A stretch of 64,000 nt of DNA from NCBI GenBank assembly GCA_046563655.1, contig CM102290.1:11904001-11968000 (forward strand). The letters are read 5' to 3'. This document shows positions 56,979 through 64,000 of the stretch, one piece after another (position 1 is the first letter of the stretch; the number at the start of each line of letters is the position of its first letter). The stretch is from Yuukianura sp. NJ FZ-2021. Taxonomy: Eukaryota. The notes below the pieces were generated by a model that had not been told where the DNA came from, searched no databases, and saw nothing but the letters and a program-made list of their open reading frames with translations. A program made the position numbers and the translations under genes.

Positions 56979-59915
56979 ATGGATAAAGCGGCAAGTCCTG
57001 TTCAAGACAATTTACCTGTACAGGCAATTAGGGCCAGTTTTCATTGGAACTATGAGGCAAACAACCAGGTCAACGCTGGACATGGGCACAGTGACCGAAA
57101 TTTGACCGCTCCAATTATGCTGTTACAACTGAAAACATTACATTTTTTACCAGTTTACGAATCTACCAGGAACGTAAGGAGAGCGACTTGCTTCGTGCCT
57201 GCTTTTTGTCGGTCTAATGTTTTCTTTTTTTTTAAATAGGAACTCGGCGACTCGACAACTTCAATACACAAATGGACTGTTTGTATTGAGAATTCTAGAG
57301 TATTTGTTTCGGAAGCAAGTGGCGATGAATGGCACTTTTCTTACATCAGTGATCCTTTACCGTTGAAGACTAAATCAGCAATAATCCACCCTCCAACACA
57401 TTGTGTGGTGCTGACTGGTACATATTCAAAAGTCATTTTATTGGGACTTCCTTTATTAAGTATCGTCAGATACTTATAGGGATCGTAATGGCCGTCCGTC
57501 TGTCCGTCCGTCTGTCCGTCCGACTATACTAGCCACAATATCTCTGGAACCGCTGGACCGATTTTCAATCTGTCTTCACAGATGAACTGCACATGGTCCA
57601 GGGGTGGACAAGTGGTTTTCGGTTTGACCGGAAGTGGCCAACTTCCGGGTCAAAGGTCAAGGTCAAGTACATTTTCGACGGAATTTGGGCAAATGGCCTT
57701 TACAAAAGTTGTTCATTTCATTGAGGGGAACAACTTTGCTGTAGGTGACCTTGACCTTTGAGCTACGGTTCTGGAGATATAGACGATGAAAGTTGCAAAA
57801 TGGCGTCGCTCATTCTACGCGCGTTTATAACTCAGGAACCACAGGACCGATTTTCAACCTGTTTTCGCAGATGACCTTCACATGGTACAGAGGTGACTAA
57901 TCGGTCTCTGGTTTGACCGGAAGTGGCCAATTTCCGGGTCAAAGGTCAAGGTCAAGCACATTTTTTCACGGAAATCAAAAAAATGACCCTTACAAAAGGT
58001 GTTCATCGCATTGAGACAACAACTTTGTGACCTTGCAGCTTTTTAATGAGTAACTACAAACCAGATGACTAAAAATCAGTTTTTGGATTCACCTTAAGTG
58101 ACCTCTATTGGTGTCATAGGTCAAGGTTATGCTCCATTTACATCACGGAAACGGATGGGCAGACTCGAAAGGGGAATGCGGGGATCCGATTTTGATGAGC
58201 TTGAGTGGCCTCTAGCAGGGTCAAAGGTCAAGGTCATCTTTTTTTCCACAATTCGGGGATGGATTTTTGACGCCGAGAGGATTAATATTATTAATAATAT
58301 ATTAATTAATATTAATATATATATATATTATATATATAGGTTATTATATTATTATTATAGGTAATTATATATATATATATATTAAAATTAATTAATTTTA
58401 ATATTGTATATATTAATATTTATTAATATATACATATTAATATTAATAATATTAATTAATATAATATTAGCATTAATATTAATATAATGCCAAATGCTCT
58501 TTGACCTCAAGTTACCTCTAGCAATATCAGAGGTCTAGGTCAACAATATCCGGCGTGGGAATTCTCTATAATTGATCTGACGATACTTATTTACATCGTC
58601 TTTGCAAGAAGTTTATTAAAGTTTCCATTTCGAAAATCTAGACAGGAAAGGCGACATATACACCTTGAAATTCGGAAAGTCGGATACAGATGACACTGGA
58701 TCAGGGATAGGAGAGTTGAAGAGAATTGCAAGCCATGTATCCAATAGCGAATGTGTTGTACGAACTTTTTTTCCTTAATGTTAATATTTAGCTCAGATCA
58801 AATTAGTATGAACTAAATTTATTTTTTGTATTTGATTCTTTCCAGATAGTCGGACAATTCCTGTGCAAGGACTTGCTGTTCAGTTCAGACCGGGACAACA
58901 AAATTCGATGTTTACCAATATCCCGTCCATACGACTTCCAATACTATTTGTTAGGACATAAGAGGCCTGTGAAAGGGATGACACTAATAGACAACGAACG
59001 ACGATTACTGTCTGTGTCAGATGTAAGTTAAACCTTTTTCAATTCAGTTTACACACAAGTTTATTTGCTAAAGTGTCCCTGAATTGCTATAGTATTTACA
59101 TTTACGTTCATTGAAATTCATGTGTAAAACCTTAATAATGACTGTAGACGTCTCTTTCAAGTGATCAGTCATTTTGTAGGGTAAGTTAAGTCGATTTTTG
59201 ATGATCTTCACTGTTTCAGGATGGAGAAATGAGACTATGGGATCTTGACACTCAGAAATGTGAAGAAACGTTTCAACTTTCAATTCCTGAAGCCGCTACG
59301 ATCACCGACGAGGACTCCTTAGCCCCTTTGGAGACCAGCTTCAGCTGTATTACAGTATCGACTAGTAGCCACGGCAAGTGTGAACGAATACTATGTGCTG
59401 TGCGCCTGTCCGAAGCGTAAGTCAATATGCCCATTACATTTTGAAAAAATTCATATCCGTTCATTATATTTTGTGTGTTGGTTCAAGCCAAGAGCAAATT
59501 CCTGTTTACGAGCTCAGCGAAAACCGAAAGTCTTTGCGACTCTTAAGATCAGTTTCGGCGGGAACATTATGGTGGGTTCAAGAAAAGTTGTTTATCCAGA
59601 TCAAATCATTTGAAAATCTGGTATATCCGTTGGAACCTGCTCAAATGGACCAATATCTCAAAGACGCTGTTTGTGTCGATTTTGGAAATGAAGTCGATAG
59701 AGAGTCAAGCGATACCATACCTAGTCCAAAACGGGTAAATTCTTTTCTTTTGATCTTATTTTTCTCATTCTTTCATGTTATTCAGCGATTCATGTTATGA
59801 ACTCGCTTAGGTATACTAAGATAAATGGAAACTTTTTTTTATTTACCGCTTGTCCTTGTTACTTTTTCAGCTCAAGATATCTCCACATGGAGTAGGGAAG
59901 GATACACCTCTTTAA
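56979..59915 (+). CDS. WD40 protein, divergent WDR4/Trm82 (tRNA m7G methyltransferase non-catalytic subunit)-like
   Basis: Spliced motifs LTDRKGDIY, SSDRDNKIR, YLLGHKRPV and LLSVSDDGEMRLWD parallel the WDR4 motifs DKSGDVY, DRDEKIR, FCLGH and SSSGDGTLRLW. Stop 59913-59915. Confidence 0.7.
57452..58613 (+). mobile_element. Non-autonomous DINE-1/Helentron-associated (HINE)-like element in a WDR4-like intron
   Basis: Subterminal inverted repeats TAAGTATCGTCAGAT (57457-57471) and ATCTGACGATACTTA (58575-58589). (GTCC/GTCT)n microsatellite at ~57493-57521, internal direct duplication offset ~290 bp, AT-rich tract ~58280-58490, short 3' stem-loop TCTT-TGC-AAGA, T-rich ends. Confidence 0.8.
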
Positions 59916-62900
59916 AAATAAACACCTACTTCGGGCATTCCAAAATTGTACAGTTTTTTACAAAAATTAATATGCTCGCTTTCCAAATCGGAAATTGTTA
60001 AAAGTTTAAAAAAAAAAAGTGGCTGATAGGATAGCTTACTTCACAAAACAGAACATACGAATGCAATAATTTTTTGATTTCTTCATCTTTTCAACTTTTT
60101 CATCAAATTTTCAGATTTTACTCACAATTTTGAGTCGTTACAGTCCCCCTGAAGGAGTGTAGTACTTCCAATACTTCTTTTCGCCTCCGACACTTTTAAC
60201 CTAATCGACCCAAATCTCTCGATGTTTGAGTATACTTTTCGCCAGCATTCCGTTATGAGGAGATGGTGGCTCAGAGTTGTGTTGGCAGTATCGTCAGAGG
60301 AGCTGAGAAGGGTACACTACTCATCGTGAATCGTCGTCACACTCAATTGTTGAGAGAATTGAAAGTGGTTAGTGGAAGTTTCAATTGTTGGAAGACTCTT
60401 CTTAGAAAGACAATGCAACCTCAACAATAGTCTTCTCAACACTACGGAAACTTAACTTTTCATTTTCAACAATCAACTTGAAAAAATTCAAAATTTCAAT
60501 GATTGTGACCAGAAAAGTTGGATTGGCTGGAGTGGTTTGGACGCTATTCTCTCTTCAGATTTGTCTCAACGCAGCTTCAAGTAAGAATTGATCATTCAAT
60601 GTGGAATCATCAATTTCACCTTTCAGCAACAATGTTGAGGTCAATGACTCTAAATTTTAATTGTGACCTGCATTAAGCTTTTTAACGCTATTCGAGTTGT
60701 CTGCAGAGTAAAAAGTTTGCACGTTCCCATCCTTTTTAATTCATTTAATTGGTCTCCTCTGGTAATCATGCACGCCACCAACAGAGTCAACGAAAAATAG
60801 AAATCGATGGTAACAGTAAGTGTTAAAAGGACACACGAAAACATTCTTAAGTGTGAGAAATTTTCAACAGGATGTTGAGAAACTGTGACCTTTGACCTTT
60901 CAGAATAAAACTTGTTAGCGTTAGGCTAACTGGGAGGTTAGCGTTGACAAGTATCAAAAAACAGCATAATTTGGAGAAAAAAGAATAAGTTTCAGAGAAA
61001 AATTGTCTGTTTTTCGAATGCTGGGTACCAACGAAATTTTCATTCGGTCGATAACTTCCTTTAGTGCAGTACTTTTTAGAAGTGGGATCGATTGAGGTTT
61101 GGAGGTCAGTGGAAAATAACATGAATAAGATGAAAAACATTTTTTGAATTTACCGTGCGATCACGAAGTTGAAGTCGAAAATTTTCCATTTTTCTTTACT
61201 TGACTTACTCACTTGTCGTGTTTTCTTAATATTTCTTCAAAGATTTTTAGATTTTTTTTGAAAACATTATACACAGGATTCGTTTTGGTAGGAGAAAATT
61301 TAGTAATTTTTTCATGTTTCAAATGAGTACTGAAATTTTTGTTTTCTTCATTTTTTTTAATCAAAAATTTTGAAACATAGTTTGAAAATATTACAAGATT
61401 CGTTTTTTACAGAAAAGAGTAATTTGTTGAATGTTTCAAAGCATAATACTGAAATACGTGTGTGAAACAGTTTACGTTTTCTGGGTTTTGTCCCATGTAT
61501 TGAAAGCTACTATGTCATTATGTCCAATTCATAAATTGACGCCTATTCCATGTTAAATCGTTGAAAATAAAGTTACATGACAAATTACAATTCTAATTAC
61601 TGGGTTCACGAGGACTTAAACGTTTGAAACTGTCTTGAAATGGTTGCACGAGGGTGGAAGTTTCGCAACTTTTTAAAAACAATGCAGTTCCATCCCATTC
61701 CAACTTTGAGCAGTGCCATTTTGCAATTTAATTTGCAAACATCTCAAGCGGAAATTCTCATACTAAAAGCAAGTACTAATCCTTAAAAGTGTAACGTGTC
61801 ATTGCAATTACGTTCAAAACATGGTAACCTACAGTCATATTCATACGTGGTTTGTATGTAGCACCGTTTCTATCATGCGTAGTTGTACTGTTATGCGTCG
61901 TACCGTAAAATTTTAACACGGGTATGGTATATTGGTTGGATGCATGCAAAGGTCAAACGGCATCCAAGGTCACGTTAAGTCTAACTTGCTGCTCATAAGC
62001 TTGGTAATTTCATATTTTTTTAAAATGAACAATCAATATCGAATTAGTTTTTTTTCGCTTTAGAACATACTAGCTTAGTATTTAATAAGGTTGGTTTGTA
62101 ATTAAAGTGTGATTTGTTTGCACGTAGAAATATGTGAAAACAAAACTGCTCAGCATGTAGAAACTGATCTGCGCATGATTAGATCCTGATCATGACAGGC
62201 ACTTAACACCATTACTTCTAAAGTGAGATTTGATGACACTGAAGTTGAAAAGAAACACTAGTTATAAAGATTCCTACAAGAAATTGTTTTTGAAATACCG
62301 TAAAACTTCTAATAAGCGTCTGTCACTAACCAGTGATTGGTATCCATTAAACGCCGCGGTGTTCAGACTTAGAAATGCACTCCGGGGGAAAATAAGAGAT
62401 TGTGAATACACGCCTGGGCGTATATTGGAAGTTTTGCGGTATAACGGAAATAAATCTCATGTTATTGCAATTTGGAACTAACAAATGGTAATTTGCGATT
62501 TGCACATTGTAAATTGTGTGAGTATTTTTTGTATTTGTAAAAATGGAGTACTTAAGGGAAAGTCTTGGGCGGGAAAAGACGAACTCGTTTTGATTTTCCA
62601 TTGTTCCACAACCGTCATTATCATCGTCTTCCTCAACTTGTTCAATCGTTTCAGCCTCATTTGTCATTAGGCTCATGGGCGAACATGCGCATTGGCAAAG
62701 TGACATTAGTTACTCCCTTTTAAGTCCACAGGTCCAACAATGCTTGTTTCCAATTTAACCATGAATTAGTTCCAAAAGAGACCTTTGGATTGGCAATGCC
62801 AGTCAAAGGTCAAACGTAGGTCACTGCCAAGCCATAACTTAATTGGCGTAGCAATTCGAAAGCCGAACAGTGAAAATTTGTTGTTTGGTTTTTACTTTTT

Positions 62901-64000
62901 GATGTTTTTAGATTTTGAAATTAAACATTGTACTAAAAGAAGTGTAGGATTACGTTCGTTCTACGTCGTTTAAGTTGACCCTGAACTTAATGGAGGCAGT
63001 GGAGCTCAACACGCACAATTTCTATTGTTTATTGGCGGCAAATGATAAAAATCTTCTTTAAAATGTTTTTTTATCAAAATACTAAAACTAAAATTAACCT
63101 TAACTTAACTTATTACATTGAGAGCTCTCACTTCTTGTAAACTTTACTACGTACTCAAAGCGTACAAATTTTTAAGTAGCTCAGTTTACCAGAAAATTTG
63201 ACACAAATTCGCTGTAGCATGTCCACCTATAAAATTATGCTGCCACTTTTGTAGTATTGATACTGACGTGAATGCTGCTTGCACTTTTCCTGCAAACTCT
63301 CAAATTTTACCACAACTTTTAAATTTGAAAACGATATTTTGAGCAAGTACAGAAAAAGATGAAATCAGTCGATTAGAGTTTGATTTTTTACAAATTTAAA
63401 GAAGATTTTTGCGGAAAGTGAAAATGCAACTTTTCTTTTTCTTTGTTTCTGATTTATTAGGGAGAGTTTGCTGTAAAAAAAATTTGAAGTTATAGTCACA
63501 GTCACAGACTGTCACTTTGTGCAGTCAATTTGCAAAGAAAAAATCAAATTGTTTTGTGTATGTCGCCAATTCGCACTGACAAGGTTTACACGTTCCGTTC
63601 GCAGTTTCTTAATTTTTGTTGAATGAGGTGAGAGATGAATCTAATCTTCAAGGTTTTTGTCATTTGGTTGTGTATCCTGTGCATAAAATTTGTTTTACTT
63701 TGGTTCATTTAATATTTAACGGTCTGAAACAATGTTAAAGTGTAATATTGAAATGAATTTTCAAAACGACGGAAATGACAATTTCTGAAAAAAATGGCAA
63801 TTTCCTTTTTAGCTTAAAATTTAAAACGCCCAACGATTAAAACTCATAGAAAAACGTTTCTGGTATGGGTGGTTTTGCAAATTGTCTTCAAAAATTTGCA
63901 TGATTTTGCAAATCGATAAATCTACGAATTCCGTTTTTTTTTTGCAAATTTACATTCAAAATTTCGCAATTGTGTCAAAAATGACAAGTGCAATGACGTT

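Overview
AT-rich, gene-dense eukaryotic DNA with short (mostly 55-110 nt) GT-AG introns. It is from an arthropod; a springtail or other basal hexapod is my inference from intron size, gene content and a TTAGG repeat. In order: THOC7 (-), mucolipin/TRPML (+), a nitrilase-FHIT fusion (-), an MBD2/3-like gene with a degenerate methyl-CpG-binding surface (-), CDC123 (+), SMIM14 (-), a large paxillin locus (-), PPIL2 (-), MON2 (+), a stand-alone DOMON protein (+), RpS5 (-), Rho1 (-) and a divergent WDR4/Trm82-like gene (+). Repeats include a 10 x 176-bp satellite, three minisatellites, a TA-flanked foldback MITE, a TTAA-flanked foldback element with (CCTAA)4 telomeric repeats in its loop, and a DINE-1/Helentron-like element in an intron. 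The most notable observations are: an alternative paxillin terminal exon that rebuilds LIM3 and adds a poly-acidic tail, three candidate alternative paxillin first exons, candidate H/ACA-type RNAs in RpS5 introns, the telomere-loop foldback element, and non-canonical splice sites (one GC-AG intron, two GAG acceptors). Gene models were spliced by eye, and no searches were run.
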